A stretch of DNA of 64,000 nt from Octopus bimaculoides (GCF_001194135.2 NC_069005.1:3963924-4027923), one strand, 5' to 3'; numbered from the stretch's first letter, positions 1 to 13,038 are shown. The notes: generated from the sequence alone by a model not told the origin. Numbers and translations: made by a program.

Positions 1-657
1 TAGAATCTCAATTCAACAGCACTTTGTTTAATGATCCACAATACGTGATGCTTGGGCTTTCATTTATGATAATTCAATAACAATCATCATGTTCATGCAG
101 TGCAGTGCATTTCATATGAATCACAAACCAGCATGTGCATTCGCTCATACACACGCACTCGCGTATAATTTTCTCGTGTTTATTGACGAAGAAATGAAGG
201 AAGTGAGCAAGATAATAAAAAAAAAGAAAGAAAGAGTTAGAGACAGAGTCTTGCATGACTTATCTAATGGATCATTTATTTCAACTAAATTTTTTTTGAA
301 ACAACTGACGTAAACGAATATTTACGAAATATTTAACTGTCTTATGTGTCTTTCTATGTAAAAATATACACATACATTTGAATTCATAAACACACACATG
401 TGTGAACATACATATAGGCAAACACAACCTTACACATGCATACACGCAAAGAATATCTAAGAGGGTAGGCAAGTGTTTTTTTTTTGTTTTTTTTTTTTCA
501 TAAAAATTGTCTGCACACGTATTACAATTATTTTAGTTGAAAATTATGTTTCTCTTTTTCCATCACATTGCAAAAGGCACCAGACTGACGACAGAAAAAT
601 AAATTCAGCTTCATGAGAAAGCATCTCGCTATCTTTCACTCTGAATGTGGTGTGTAT

Positions 658-691
<34 letters not shown>

Positions 692-1259
692 CTTTTTTGA
701 ATCCGGGTAAAATCGAACTAGAAATATCTTTAAATATCGTGTAAATAATTGTACAACGCTTTGGGTGCAAAGAAGCGGATGCTGTCCAGACAATATATGA
801 CTCTTCTAATGATAGCATTTGCACACTTAACTATATATGACCTGGTTCGAGTTTTACGTTCCTAGAAAAATATATTTGTTCTCTTGAAGTTACTAAAATT
901 TCTATTCCTACATCTATAGCTATCTTCATATATCATATCTAATATCGTACGTCTACCCATTTATATACATATATAAACATATATATATACATGCTAATAA
1001 AAAAGAAAGATCGTAGAGATTATTACAACTGTCTGAAAAACATATAGGGTGCATTTTGCGTAGCATTGCTAGTGTCTTGTAGCCATCCGGTATACATATT
1101 CATCAGGTGTGTACGTAAAACACACCTGCTTTTCTTTAGAAATTACTGTAGAACTCACCTAAACTAGTTTACGTGGATGTAAATAAACACCGAATATTAA
1201 GTGGTGGAAATGGAGGGGGGCAAACAAGAATAGACACGCACAAATATACACACTTGCAA

Positions 1260-1411
1260 GACGGGTTTCGCGTTTTCAACCAAATCCTCTTGCAAGGCAT
1301 TGATCGCCCCTCAGACTATAGTACCCTCTACCTGCCGACGATTGAGTGCAGTGTGACCGAATCCGAAACGTTTTAATTGCAGAGGAAGTTTCTTAACAAC
1401 ACACTTATGCC
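1260..1411 (-). mobile_element. Degenerate tRNA-derived SINE, family B (CORE-like)
   Basis: Decayed match to better copies at 31729 and 33128 (accaaatcc...caaggc...cagtgtgaccgaa). Confidence 0.45.
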
Positions 1412-3094
1412 AGTGTGTATATGAGAGATTTGGAGGCACACACCCAGACAGAGTACAGATAAAATTGCAGACAATGTAAAATCTATATAAAGTGCGTAGA
1501 CTAGTTTACCAGTAAAACTCCGACTTCAACGGCGACTAAAACAAATGTGATTTTGCCTCTGCCTAGTAATGAATAACTAAAAATGGTTCATTGTTCTGCA
1601 GTTAGATGCATATTAGAACAGACGTATAAACAAGCAAAATATGTAGTATCGCTTTGTAGCATATTATCTGAGGATATTCCTTAATTCTTCCTCTCTAAAG
1701 ATGAAACAGTGGGCTTTATGCGGTAATATCTGTTCAATGAGATATACACCATATTCACAGCTATTCAAGAAACAGCTATAAGCAATTTAGGCACAACTTA
1801 ATGCCTAATTTAAACTAACAACTCTGAAATTATATTTCAGTTATAAATTCCACGCTAAAAATTAATACGTTTCGCCTATTCATACTTATACATATATAAG
1901 AAATATATTTCAATCCCATTTCTCTTAAAATGAATGTCATCCGTATCACCTCGTCTCCTACTTGACAAACTGTTTTTGTCTAGGTTCAAGCCATCATATA
2001 TTAAATTATAAGTATATTTACATGAAATATAAGCTCGACCGCAGAAACAATAACAAAGGAACAGCATCTGGTTGCCCAATCAGCTACAAAACACTTCGAA
2101 ATGTTGAAATCGAATCCTCTAACACTTAGCGCTAAAAGTAGATAAGTCGGCACAAAATCGTACTACTATTTACTGTAGGAAGTTGTTTTTATCTAACTAC
2201 TTTCAAGCGTGAAAAGATTTTGTATAGTTTTCTTGTTTGAAATATACCTCTCTAGAGCAATGTATCAGACACTTCTAGTAGAGAATAAAAAATCCGCACC
2301 TACAAAAGATACAGAAAACGTAGTCCAGAACCAGAAATTATCAATTGCAAATTTTTGTAGAGGATCGAAACGAGTAAGAGAATGAGCACACAAATTAATT
2401 ACGCGTCAAAGGATGAAATGTTAAGTCATCCACTGGATAATATAAGCGTGGTATACTTAAGAACATGACATGTATATTACCACAATGATTTAGGGCAAAA
2501 AGAATTTGTATAACGTCAACAAGACCAATTATGACTATTATTACAGAAGAAACAACTAAGAAAAACAATAAAATTTATCTTCAAACATAAATGCACTTCA
2601 GCTTGGAAATAAAAGAGCTTCGTTCGTGAATGAATATTTAAAATGATAAAAAATATAATTAAGAAAAAAGTATTTAAATATATAGCGCTTGATGTATATA
2701 TGTGTGTATTCTTTTGGAGACAAGTGTGCATGCTATCGTGCATACTGCTACTATATTTTTTCAATATGTTTTGTTCCATACACTAATTCGCGTACTATAT
2801 ATATTTATATCAAAGTAAGGAAATATATATTATATAAAACTCACATTATGCACACACACATCTATGTACTCTTACACGCACATATGAACAGAAAGTGATT
2901 AGAATTGATGTGGGATGAGTGGAGTTATCATGAAGAGAATTTATTGTTAAAACATTAACCCAGGAACATAAAAATAAAACGATATTATTATGTCCAATGA
3001 CAAACCAATTAATATCTCGACGAATTCTAGACGTATGTTCTATCATGTACAGTCATAAACCTAATAGGATTTTGGCGCCACTTTCATCACTTTA

Positions 3095-3096
<2 letters not shown>

Positions 3097-3138
<42 letters not shown>
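3097..3138. repeat. (TA)n microsatellite (representative; others at 9178-9229, 12342-12409, 19232-19295, 20606-20653, 26462-26506 and elsewhere)
   Basis: Seen directly. Confidence 0.98.
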
Positions 3139-3142
<4 letters not shown>

Positions 3143-3324
3143 TTGTAATATATTAGTGTAATATACACATACACACGCAACCGTGTTTGTATATACACAC
3201 AGACGCAAATGTATATATAGTATACGCATTTATATGACTATTACGTATGTGCATAAACATAATACGTTTTTCACTCTGCTTTGTTGCTTCCAATCAGTGC
3301 CTGCCTTGACAATTTAGCAATATT

Positions 3325-3460
3325 GGTGTTAACGTTTGGCAAAATGGACAGCGATTTTGAAGGAAGTGGATTAAGCCGGTTACATCAACCCAAGGATCTA
3401 CAACTACTAGTCACCAACCTCGAACCGATGGGATTTGAGCTCAAAGCATTGAGATTGATA
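3325..3460 (-). mobile_element. Degenerate SINE, family A
   Basis: Weak similarity to copies at 11641 and 15495 (gattttg...gatt...acatcaaccc...gatttgagctca). This explains ORF 3281-3475. Confidence 0.35.
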
Positions 3461-4572
3461 AAAAAAACCCACTAAGTATTTCCCCATCGAGTTGATAACG
3501 ATTCTGCCAGTTCACCACTTTGCTCCCCTTAACATTGCCCCCTAAACTGTGTAATATTGGTAATGTTAAATTGAGTAACTGATAAATGTAGAAGAGCAGC
3601 TATGCCACTTATGAACACAATTGGTAGCCTTTAGAATGGACGGTTGTACAACTACAACGTACCACGTTAATCTTATCTATCAACTCGTTCAGTACTCATA
3701 TCCTTGAATCTCATTTTTGTCTAACGTTGGAAAATTATTCACTAACCCTTTGTTTTTTCTCATTTTATTCACAAGTTTTTTTCTGTTATTTATGCTACCT
3801 ATCATAATGTAAATTTTAGTAGGTTAACATTGGTCTTCGCACGTCAACTTATGTTTATTTGAACAGAACCCAACGGTCCTAGTCTTACTTTGCCAAACTT
3901 CTAAAATGTTCACCGATTTCTCCACTTATATCACCTATGTATATTCAATTCTCATAGGTAATTTTCTAACACAAATCAAATGAGAGATGGCCAAACCATT
4001 GGAATAAAGCTTCGAATTTCCTCGGGGGAGTAGCCTTTGACAAGTTTGTCAGTTTTCATCACACGCATATTTAATCACGCACGAAAATAATTCCAAATAA
4101 AGGCCAAACAAAAAATAAATAAGAAAGAAGCAAGTAAAAAGTATCTCTACAATCTTCCTGGATAGCTTTGTGAAGAAACTTCCCATTTTTATCTAATTAT
4201 CAGCATTCTGTATATATTTTTTGTTCTTTTATTAATCGTGTGATAAAACAGAATTAGCTTCAAGTTTGCACTACAAATTAAATTTGTCTTTGTTCATGTC
4301 TAAAATAGTGTTGAATCGTGTACTCTCTCACTTCTTGACAATGTTTAAATAAGTACAATATATGTGTATTTGAAATTATCAGCTTTTCGAATCTTCAAAG
4401 CTTCGTAATTCCGTTCTGGTCGGCGTTGTAGTTCTGTAACCTATCTCATTCATTAGCATCTAAAACTTTCAAAAGTTGCACTGCATCTATAACCATACAT
4501 TCGTTTCCTTTGGGATGCTGCATCCCGAACTACATTAATGTCTCCTTTCATTATTTAATATTTAGTGTATGA

Positions 4573-4708
4573 AAGGCGGAGACCTGGCAGAATTGTTGCA
4601 CTGGCCAAAATGCTTAGCGGCATTTTGCCCGTTTTTACGTTATGAGTTCAAATATTGCCTGGTCGAATAGCCCGATCTTGCGGGCCTTATGCCAAAATTT
4701 GAAACTAT
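4573..4708 (+). mobile_element. SINE family A, internally deleted
   Basis: Head aaggcggagacctggcagaatt...aaatgcttagcggcatttt...gagttcaaat (B-box-like) joined to tail gccttatgccaaaatttgaaac. Confidence 0.7.
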
Positions 4709-4930
4709 TTTTCCAAGTAAAAATATTACCGCGCTCATTATACATATAAAATACACGTATGTAGTTCTTATTTCTAGCATATTGTGTGACCTCCCTTCAA
4801 GAAAAAAACTATGTCATCATCCAGATTTCACAAGGTCTGTGTGTGTGATAGAGAAATGGAATTTTGAAAGCAGTAAAAGAGCATTGATTAGGTATTTCAC
4901 CCTTAGAAGTGTGAAAACATTTGCCTGCAG

Positions 4931-5002
4931 GTGGCTACAGAGAGTCGAAACCCGTCCACCTCAGATACCGAATACACGACCTCCGACAATAATTACCAAG
5001 AA
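4931..5002 (+). other. Candidate non-coding 5' UTR exon of the Ly6/uPAR gene
   Basis: 72-nt segment, GC-richer than its flanks, between ttgcctgcAG and a strong donor aa|GTGAGT. It contains no ATG. A plausible acceptor (attttgcAG, 7385) lies downstream. Confidence 0.4.
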
Positions 5003-6530
5003 GTGAGTGAGTGAGTAGCTAATATTATTAGCCCTTCTGTCTGCTTTTGTTAAGAGTGTTATTTTTTCTTATTATTATTGAGTAATCCTTTGTTTTTTTT
5101 CTATCAGCAATTCAGAGGGCAGTAGTTTTCCTCTCAGCAATTGACAGCACTTTTTCTCGCATCTACGTAGTATACTATAAACAGTAGGAGATTACACAAA
5201 ATGTTCATTATGGCGTTCCGTTTACGAGATATTTCTCTTTCGTTCAGAGCTACACTTAACAGATGAGAGTTTAAATATATCTGACTCTAAGCGCATGCTT
5301 ATTTCTCGGTTTAGTTGATCTTGTGGAAACCAGAAACAAGGATATCTCTAGGTTTTGAGCTAGTAAACAGACGGCAAGCTTTGATATCATTATGACCTAC
5401 TTAACATACGTCTTCGACTAGACATTAACTGAGCGAATCAGTAAAGTAGAATAACTAGAAATGCTTCGACTTAAGTCTTTATTCATTGATTTTATGATTT
5501 CACTTCAACTTTCTATGAAAATCTTTAATTTCAAGCGCATCTACAGGATGCAATGTGGGAGTCTTCTCGTCAGAATCTTCGTGGGATCAGCGGAGCTAAA
5601 AAGAAAACTGAAAGCCGAAAATTAAGAGAAACACAAAATGTAAATCTATCGCGCTTTCGGCATTTTATTTAGTGCTTATTTCTTGCTCGATAGAACAGTA
5701 CCCATGTCCGAAGTAACTATTATTGAATATTCTCGGTTCAAGCCGCGAGATGTTTAGAAGAAATACTTGTAGAACAGCAAACATGAAATTGTATTTCTTA
5801 TTGTCTGTGTGTCTCTTTTCAGCATGATTATTTCGTTTTGTATACCAGGGAAAATACTTCTAATTTTGAGATAAGGCGTCAGCAAAGCCGCATATTTATT
5901 CTGCCATATCTTTTCGCCACGAAGGAGGGTTAATGTAATTTCCTTAAGGTTAATAGCAAATACAAGGGAAACATGAGCATTCCCAGATGCATGTTCCAAC
6001 GACGAGTGGGTTTAGCGAATACGAGATTGTAATGAGTAATAAATGACATGCCTGAAAACAGATTTGAGATAAACTAATACTTCACTGCAAAATAAAGACG
6101 ATGTTCCATGTTGTTCTACTAAAGACTACAATAACGACAACAGTTAAGACAAGTATTAAATTTCTTACTTGAATAGAATTATTGGCTTGAGATAGCTTTC
6201 TTGTACGAGTGTTTTGCAACAAGTTATCAAGTACCCATTCATCTATCCATGCAATTAAAACCATCCTAGTATGAGGAGGTAAATAGATAAAGCAGAACAA
6301 ATTTAAAATGCAAATCAACCTGATGGATGATATGAACGTTTTCATTAGATTATGTTTAGGTACAACACATTACGTTCAATTACATACTGTTTCTGAAAAG
6401 TAAAAAAAAAATATATATATATATATTTGAAATAACATTTTTTGAACGATAGCTGTCTGAATGGAAATGTTTAGGGATGTAATAATTTCCACCTCAGCAT
6501 ATACGTAGGAATAACTATTATGCTCCTCCT

Positions 6531-6735
6531 CATGCCGAACCGCTAGGTAATGGGGACGTAAACACAACACTGGTTGTCAAGTGGTGATGAGGGGTACAGT
6601 CACACACACACATTCAGTGTTCGTCTACCAAATCCACTAAATGTTTTGGTTGGCCTAAGGCTATAGAAGACACTTTACTAAGGTGCCGCCCAGTGGGACT
6701 GAACCCGGAACTATGAGGTTGGGAAGCAAGCTGCC
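6531..6735 (-). mobile_element. SINE family B (CORE-like)
   Basis: gccgaaccgctagg...ggttgtcaag...gtctaccaaatccac...gggactgaacccggaac, collinear with copies at 33128 and 56691. Confidence 0.85.
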
Positions 6736-7014
6736 TATAATATTGATATTGGTTTGAAATGTAGGTACAAAGACAGCAATTTTGTACGAATACGCTACGA
6801 TTTTGTAAGAATACGTTAGTCCATTTCATGGAACACAATTTCCTCGTAGGAAATATTACTCAAGACAAAATCTGTTTGCTTTGACAGGATTTCAACTCAA
6901 CGTTGTGAGGTAGAATAAATAACCTAAGATATTTTCTAACTATTCTTTGAACTCAATGCTTTGATTATGAATAAATGGTCTCTACGCTAAGCAAAAATCC
7001 CATCAATATTATAC

Positions 7015-7160
7015 GTAGCTTGCTTCCCAACCTCATAGTTCCGGGTTCAGTCCTACTGTGCAGCACCTTAGTCAAGTGGCTTCTGTAGCCTTAGACCAAT
7101 CAGAACATTATGTGGATTTGGTAGACGAAACTGAAAGTCTGAGTGTGACTGTGTGTGTGA
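7015..7160 (+). mobile_element. SINE family B, inverted relative to 6531-6735
   Basis: agcttgcttcccaacctcatagttccgggttcagtcc...ggatttggtagacgaaactgaaag. Confidence 0.85.
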
Positions 7161-7385
7161 GGCGGAACAAATATCGTAACATTTTCTAATTACTATTCGC
7201 AGTCAAAGCTTTGATTATGTATAAATGATCTCTGCTCTCAGCAAAAGTCCTATTTTGAATATAAACAGTTTGCCGTTAACATAATGCTTCATTGCTATTT
7301 TATCATATCGGCCACAAATGATTCAATGCAAATATTTCGGTAAATCCAGAAACTAAACCGAAACGCACTGCAAATTATTTTGCAG

Positions 7386-7440
7386 ACCTCTGAATATTCT
7401 GCCTGCTCGAAGCCTCGTATAATATATTCCGAACTATCGT
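7386..7440 (+). other. 5' UTR part of the first coding exon of the Ly6/uPAR gene
   Basis: Acceptor caaattattttgcAG| at 7385. An in-frame TAA at 7420-7422 precedes the ATG at 7441, so that ATG is the first possible start. Confidence 0.55.
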
Positions 7441-7480
7441 ATGGATCGTAATTGCATTAAGATACTTCTTCTAAATCTAT
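7441..7480 (+). CDS. Ly6/uPAR (quiver/sleepless-like) protein, coding exon 1: signal peptide start MDRNCIKILLLNL
   Basis: ATG plus 13 codons and 1 nt, then donor |GTAAGC (phase 1). It splices in frame to 7594, completing a hydrophobic signal peptide (ILLLNLFVHA) just before the first Cys pair. Confidence 0.75.
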
Positions 7481-7593
7481 GTAAGCTATAAAAGGGTGAT
7501 GCATCCTCAAGTTATTTCATTAAATGCGATTTTATTTCAATGTCCTTAAATGTGTACTTTAATACTAATAATTTTCTTTACAATCTTTTCCAG

Positions 7594-7743
7594 TTGTTCA
7601 CGCAATGATCTCGTGTTCGAGTTGCGATTCACGGAGAGACAAATATTATGGAGAATGTGAGCAGTCACCTCCGCCTCCAAAACCATGTCCTAAAAGCAGT
7701 AATTCACATTTCTGCTCTATAATAAGGGAGACAGAAATCAGTG
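7594..7743 (+). CDS. Ly6/uPAR protein, coding exon 2 (Cys1-Cys5): (F)VHAMISCSSCDSRRDKYYGECEQSPPPPKPCPKSSNSHFCSIIRETEIS(G)
   Basis: 150-nt open exon between a polypyrimidine acceptor (ttttctttacaatcttttccAG) and donor G|GTAAGT, phase 1 at both ends. CxxC-x10-C-x9-C-x8-C spacing fits the N-terminal half of an LU domain. Confidence 0.9.
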
Positions 7744-8294
7744 GTAAGTAAACCATTATTTCCTATTAGTATTGATTAGTCTATTGTCACTTCTAAGCTA
7801 ACGGTGTTCCAACCATTATAGTCCCTACAATTTAGGATGTGCAAGATTATACGAACTGTATTGACGATAATCAAAACGTAAGAGAAAAACTTTGAAGACT
7901 TTACTCCTGCATATTGAGTGTGAATTAAGGAAAATAACGAGGGATTTTCGTTGTTTCCTTGATTAAGATACAATGTAATTGACGGTAGATTCAGGTAAGA
8001 AACCGAGAGATATAAGCACCGGTTTGAAAAATATACTGAAATATTCTGATTTAGTAATTGATACAAACAATGCAATGACCATGCGCGCACACACATGTGT
8101 ATATTTATGTGCAAATGGCGAACAATGAGAATGATTGCACAACACTGCATTGGTTGATGAATACTGATGCATTAATGTTAAAATTGCTTTCATGTTTAGA
8201 CAATCATTTAGCCAATCACATGGAGAGATTGTTAAGATATTTTAAAATGAAACCAACGTTAGCCTTAAGACAATTTATACATAAATATATATAT

Positions 8295-8445
8295 CTGAGT
8301 ATATGCATATATACGTACATACCTACATCTAATTGTATATATCGATGCATGTCTGGGTACAGGACGTCGCAAGAAAACGCGGACAAATTAATAAACAGAG
8401 TACAGAAAACACACACGCCACATAGAACATTTCCTTCATCAGCTG
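8295..8445 (-). repeat. Dispersed repeat, unclassified (second copy at 59037-59180, +)
   Basis: Shared collinear sequence agctgatgaag...atgttct(ct)atgtggc...tcctgtacccaga(c/t)atgca...gatgt(a/c)ggtatg. Confidence 0.7.
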
Positions 8446-9176
8446 CAACCATTCTAAAACTAAACGTTTCGAAGTGTTAGGGCAGGACGCATTGTTAGAG
8501 TGACTCTTCCCGCGGAAACAAATTAAATTTGTAGTGCCGAGGAATATCGTGGCGAACAGAAAACATGACAGGAAAACGAAACCGTGAAAATAAACAAGAA
8601 GAACTAGTAGGGCCGGACGTGAGAATCGCTGTGATGACGAATAGAGACAAATCAAGCAGTTACATACTAGACAGAAGCTTTCATCGAAAATATAAAAAAG
8701 CGGGGAGTACGTGAATAGAGATACGTGCATATCGGTAGCTACTCAATGGACCACGCTAATCCGAAATTTATAATAGCACCTTAGTGCTGAGACATATCGG
8801 AGCTAAAACAAATTATACGCAAATAAAAGGCTCTACAATCATGCATACTAAAAACGTCACCTTATATAATCAACTAAAGTACTAAACTAAGACATTGAAT
8901 GGTGTAGGTCCTTGCGTCGATTCAGACGATGGGAATTTTTTAAAGTGTTGTCCCAGAATGGGCTGCAGTCCAATGACTGATATAGAGTATATTCCATTGT
9001 GCTTTATAAATGAAATTATTAATTGAAATACTTCCGACTCTTGAGAGAATACTTTGGACATTACAGGGAAAAGTATTGAAAATATTTGAATGTCAGATAA
9101 TTTCTCCAGTGATATTTTAAAAAGGTAGGACTCGTATTCAAGGAATAATTCGAGAAAAATAGGAAAATCAGTACAA

Positions 9177-9233
<57 letters not shown>

Positions 9234-9884
9234 AAGCTCTTACCTTCACGGTAACTTACTATGTAAATGAAGTAAGCTACTGATAAACCCTCTACTTGCT
9301 GAAGAAAACGGTACAGTGCCATTTAGTCAGTTGGTAGAGCAACTTTTACGGAAGATCATATCAAAAAATGCGTTCTGATATCATTCAACGATAAATTATA
9401 ATTTTTTTAAAAATAATATACTCTTCTTCGTGTCATGATACTGGGCTGATTCCTAGTTGGTGGTCCAAGAGGCGTCATCATGCAGAGAGCCGATCATGTT
9501 CACCTGTGCTCTGCATGTGTGTTCAGGTCATGAGGGTGATTCGTACGAATAGAAATTTTGAAGGAGGTGTCCAAACATGGCTGCAGTCTAATGACTGAAA
9601 AAGTAAAGGAACATATTACAATCACCTGCTCTGTTATGCTCTAGGAACAAAGGACTCCGAGCAGTAAATGTTTATTTTATAGAAGCCCCCAACTCTAGTG
9701 TGTGTAACGCTGATGCTTGCTGCAGGATGAAATATCGCGAGAAAAAAATATTCGATTTAAAAACTATTTTAGTGAATTTGCTGTGTGGCATTTATTTCCA
9801 ATACAAACACACGATAGAAAGAATCCATCATGCTAGAAATACCATATAAGAGATTTGTTTCCTTTATCTATAACTATTAAAGCA

Positions 9885-10015
9885 ATAAGGTAAAGAATGT
9901 TCGTTAAGTCGGAAGACGTATGTCATTAGTTTCCACTCTTTATATTCTGAGTTCAAATTCCACCAAGGTAAAAATTCGCCTTTCATAATTATTTTGTCGA
10001 TAAAATGTAACACGT
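9885..10015 (+). mobile_element. SINE family A, degenerate
   Basis: ttctgagttcaaattccaccaagg...cgcctttcat...gtcgataaaat. Confidence 0.6.
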
Positions 10016-11002
10016 GCCATGAGCTAATGTTAACATGTTGTCTGAACTTTCAGCCAAATAGTTTCTGGTTTTGTGCTTAAATTAGAAAAACGTTATGAAT
10101 TGTAGTACGAAGTATTCAACACGCCCAGAATACTAAAATAAATATATGAACGAATATTTTCTAATACTTTCAAATTTCAATATCCTGAAAAGACATTAGG
10201 AATTCAAACAAGTTAAAATGTAAGATATTACAAATTCAATATTTCCGGTTATTATAGAAACATCACCACAACTAAAATATATTTGGAAAAAAAAAAATGA
10301 TTTACCTGTACAGTAGATATTGTAAGCCGAAGTCCTCCGATAATAATTAACATAGTAAGTACTCGTGGCGGTTTGTAATCACGTGACGCGTAGGATGAAT
10401 TTTTGTTTTCGTCTTTTTTTTTTCTGCGTTTCATTATTTACATCAGGATGGTGTACGTTCGAAACTAGCATCATACAAACCCGCTACAGCTGACCAATCA
10501 CATATCAAGTTAATCTGAAATTTCACTTCTTGTTAACATCTAGTCTTTTCACCTGTTGAACACGTAAGATAATAATAACGCCTAGCAGGAATCATTAGGT
10601 TATTTCAGAAAAATTTATCGAAAAATCCTGGAAGCGTAACCTGTATTGTATCTATATTTAAAAATAGTTGCTCATCTGCTAATCATTGAAAGTCGAAAGA
10701 AATTGGAATACGATGGTTATTTCATGTACTTTACATATATTCTTTATATACTTTATGCACAATTTTATAGACTTAATAGACAGCACTCTCTCTCTCTTTC
10801 ACTATTCCTCTTCGACTTTCGTTCAGCTACTCATGTGAAAGCGTTACAGACGAGCTAAGTAACGGAGGAAAAAAACTTAATTAAAAAAAAAATAATAAAA
10901 TATACATTCCACCCCGCCTCTCACTCCTCCTCCTGCTCCCCTCCCTAAACATTGGTTTTAGTAATGCAAGCACAAGGTCAGCAATTTCGTAGGAGGGAGT
11001 AA

Positions 11003-11158
11003 GGCGATTATATCGACCTAAGTATTCAACTTGTACTTAGTTTACAGACTCCGAATTGATGAAAGACGGAGTTTACCGCGGCAGAATTTGAACTCAGTAT
11101 GCACACTCCGATGAAATGCCGCTAAGCATTCTGCCCGGCGCCGTAACGGTTCTGCCAA
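11003..11158 (-). mobile_element. SINE family A
   Basis: gatgaaag...cggcagaatttgaactcag...gaaatgccgctaagcatt...ttctgcc is the reverse complement of the family head and body. Confidence 0.8.
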
Positions 11159-11224
11159 GGAATATTTTGACTGCAATAATTTATATCAAGTTCAATGTTA
11201 TTTCTTATTGAAATTCTTTCTTTT

Positions 11225-11292
11225 GTTCTTTCATTCCTTTGTTTGTTTCAGTCATTTGACTGCGGCCATGCTAGAACACCGCTTTCAAAAGA
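11225..11292 (-). mobile_element. Isolated SINE/LINE 3' tail
   Basis: tttcagtcatttgactgcggccatgctagaacaccgc, same tail as at 45485-45540 and 56705-56750. Confidence 0.7.
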
Positions 11293-11640
11293 TTTCACTT
11301 ATTTGATTGATTTTAATTTTCAAAAAGATAAAACAACTTTGGAACACATTAAACACAGAATGTAACGACGATAGACATTTCTGTTCTTGGGTTTGGCTTA
11401 TGCGCTAAAGAAGCAGTTTTCATAGCAGCTGCTCAGTTGTTTCCATCGACAGTGGCATATTACTTAAAGTCTAAAAGGAATAAATTGACCTCGGAAAGAT
11501 TTGAAACTAGAAGCTAACGAGACGAAGAAACGCTGTAAGTTATTCTCTCCAACACTCAAATAGATCTATCTTAGTTCAATGGAATACTTCAGAATGAAAT
11601 AGAAAAAGAAACTATAATAAAGAAAATATATCTTTTCTAT

Positions 11641-11834
11641 TCTAGACACAAGATCCAATATTTTGGGGGAGGGTACATCGATCCCAGTACGCAATTAGTG
11701 CTTAATTTATAGACCCCGAAAGGATGAAAGGCAAAGTCGACCTCGGCAGAATTTGAAGTCAGAACATAAAGACAGACGAAATACCGCTAACCATTTTGCC
11801 CGGCGTGCTAACGTTTCTGCCAGCTCGTCGCCTT
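11641..11834 (-). mobile_element. SINE family A (central domain resembles the Meta/MESC domain)
   Basis: gaccccgaaaggatgaaaggcaaagtcgacctcggcagaatttga...gctaacgtttctgccagctcgtcgcctt. The domain name is from recollection and was not searched. Confidence 0.9.
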
Positions 11835-11850
11835 GAAAGAAATGTTTACT

Positions 11851-12090
11851 TCTCGAGCCATGCCAGGTTCATAAGGGCCCGTTTTCCAGTTTCAGTGGCG
11901 TATAAATTCCACACCTGGACGGGACGCCAATGCGTTCCAGGGTTACTCATTTTTGCCAGCTGAGTGGATTCGAGCAACATTAAATGAAGTGTTTTGCTAA
12001 AGAATACAACGCATCACCCGGTCCAGGAATCGAAACCACAATCTTAAGATCATGAGTCCAACATCCTAACCACTAAGCCAGGCGACTCAC
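11851..12090 (-). mobile_element. tRNA-derived SINE, family C
   Basis: The reverse strand reads ggcttagtggttagg (A box)...ggtttcgattcc (B box)...agcaaaacacttcattt...ccactcagctggcaaaaatgagta...ggcgtcccgtccagg. Confidence 0.85.
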
Positions 12091-12338
12091 CAGAGCAACT
12101 TATATTGCATTTCTTGTGGTGTGTTGAGTGAAACCGACGTTACATATCCCATTGTAATTATTAAATCAGTTGATAAAAGAATTTCATTAAATCTAATTCA
12201 GTTTCATACATATACATTAAACTCACACACATACATCGTGTTCCTCCTTACAAATGAATTTAATTTATATTTCATATATTTCCGACCATTGAGATACTTT
12301 CAACATTATAGGAAGAGACATCGAAAGCATTTCATATT

Positions 12339-12410
<72 letters not shown>

Positions 12411-12412
<2 letters not shown>

Positions 12413-13038
12413 AAAATTTATTTATGAGGGTATAAATGGATATTAATCAATTTGAACCAGTGGTCTAGCATATTAAAAAAATCCGAAGATTAAAATTATA
12501 TTACATACAAAAATAAGAGGGATGACCATCAAAAGTGGACTCCTATATGCTAGAAATAGATGCCGAATCATCTAGCCACGAAAAAAATATATGTTCTCAG
12601 TAAAAATTCGGTGACATAACAGACTGTAAAAGGGCAAGACAAATGAAAAAAAATACTAAATAAAAACGATTAACCTACGCACCATGGTTTCACCTGTTAC
12701 ATAAGTAAATATCTGCAGGATCGTCAGCGTAGTCTGTCGATTTGCGATGTAATTTCCAGAACTAGACACAGGACTTCTAACCGAAAGGGAGCACGTGTAG
12801 AGTTCTACAAATTACATTCAGTGTATCCTTTTAAATGTCTTCAATCTGGCGCGCTAAGTCCGGAAATAATTCTGCAGTTAATACATTTTTGCAGCTAATT
12901 TACCGGTTTGAGAAACATTATTGTATAAAAATTTATTTATGAGTGTAGAAATGGATATTAATCAATTCGTGGTTAGATGATTCGGCATCTATTTCTAGCA
13001 TATAGGAGTCCACTTTCGCTGATCATCCCTCTTATTTT

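Noticed and set aside
5550-5700. GSAELKRKLKAEN resembling a hAT transposase N-terminus
   Set aside because: Too short and stop-ridden to support.
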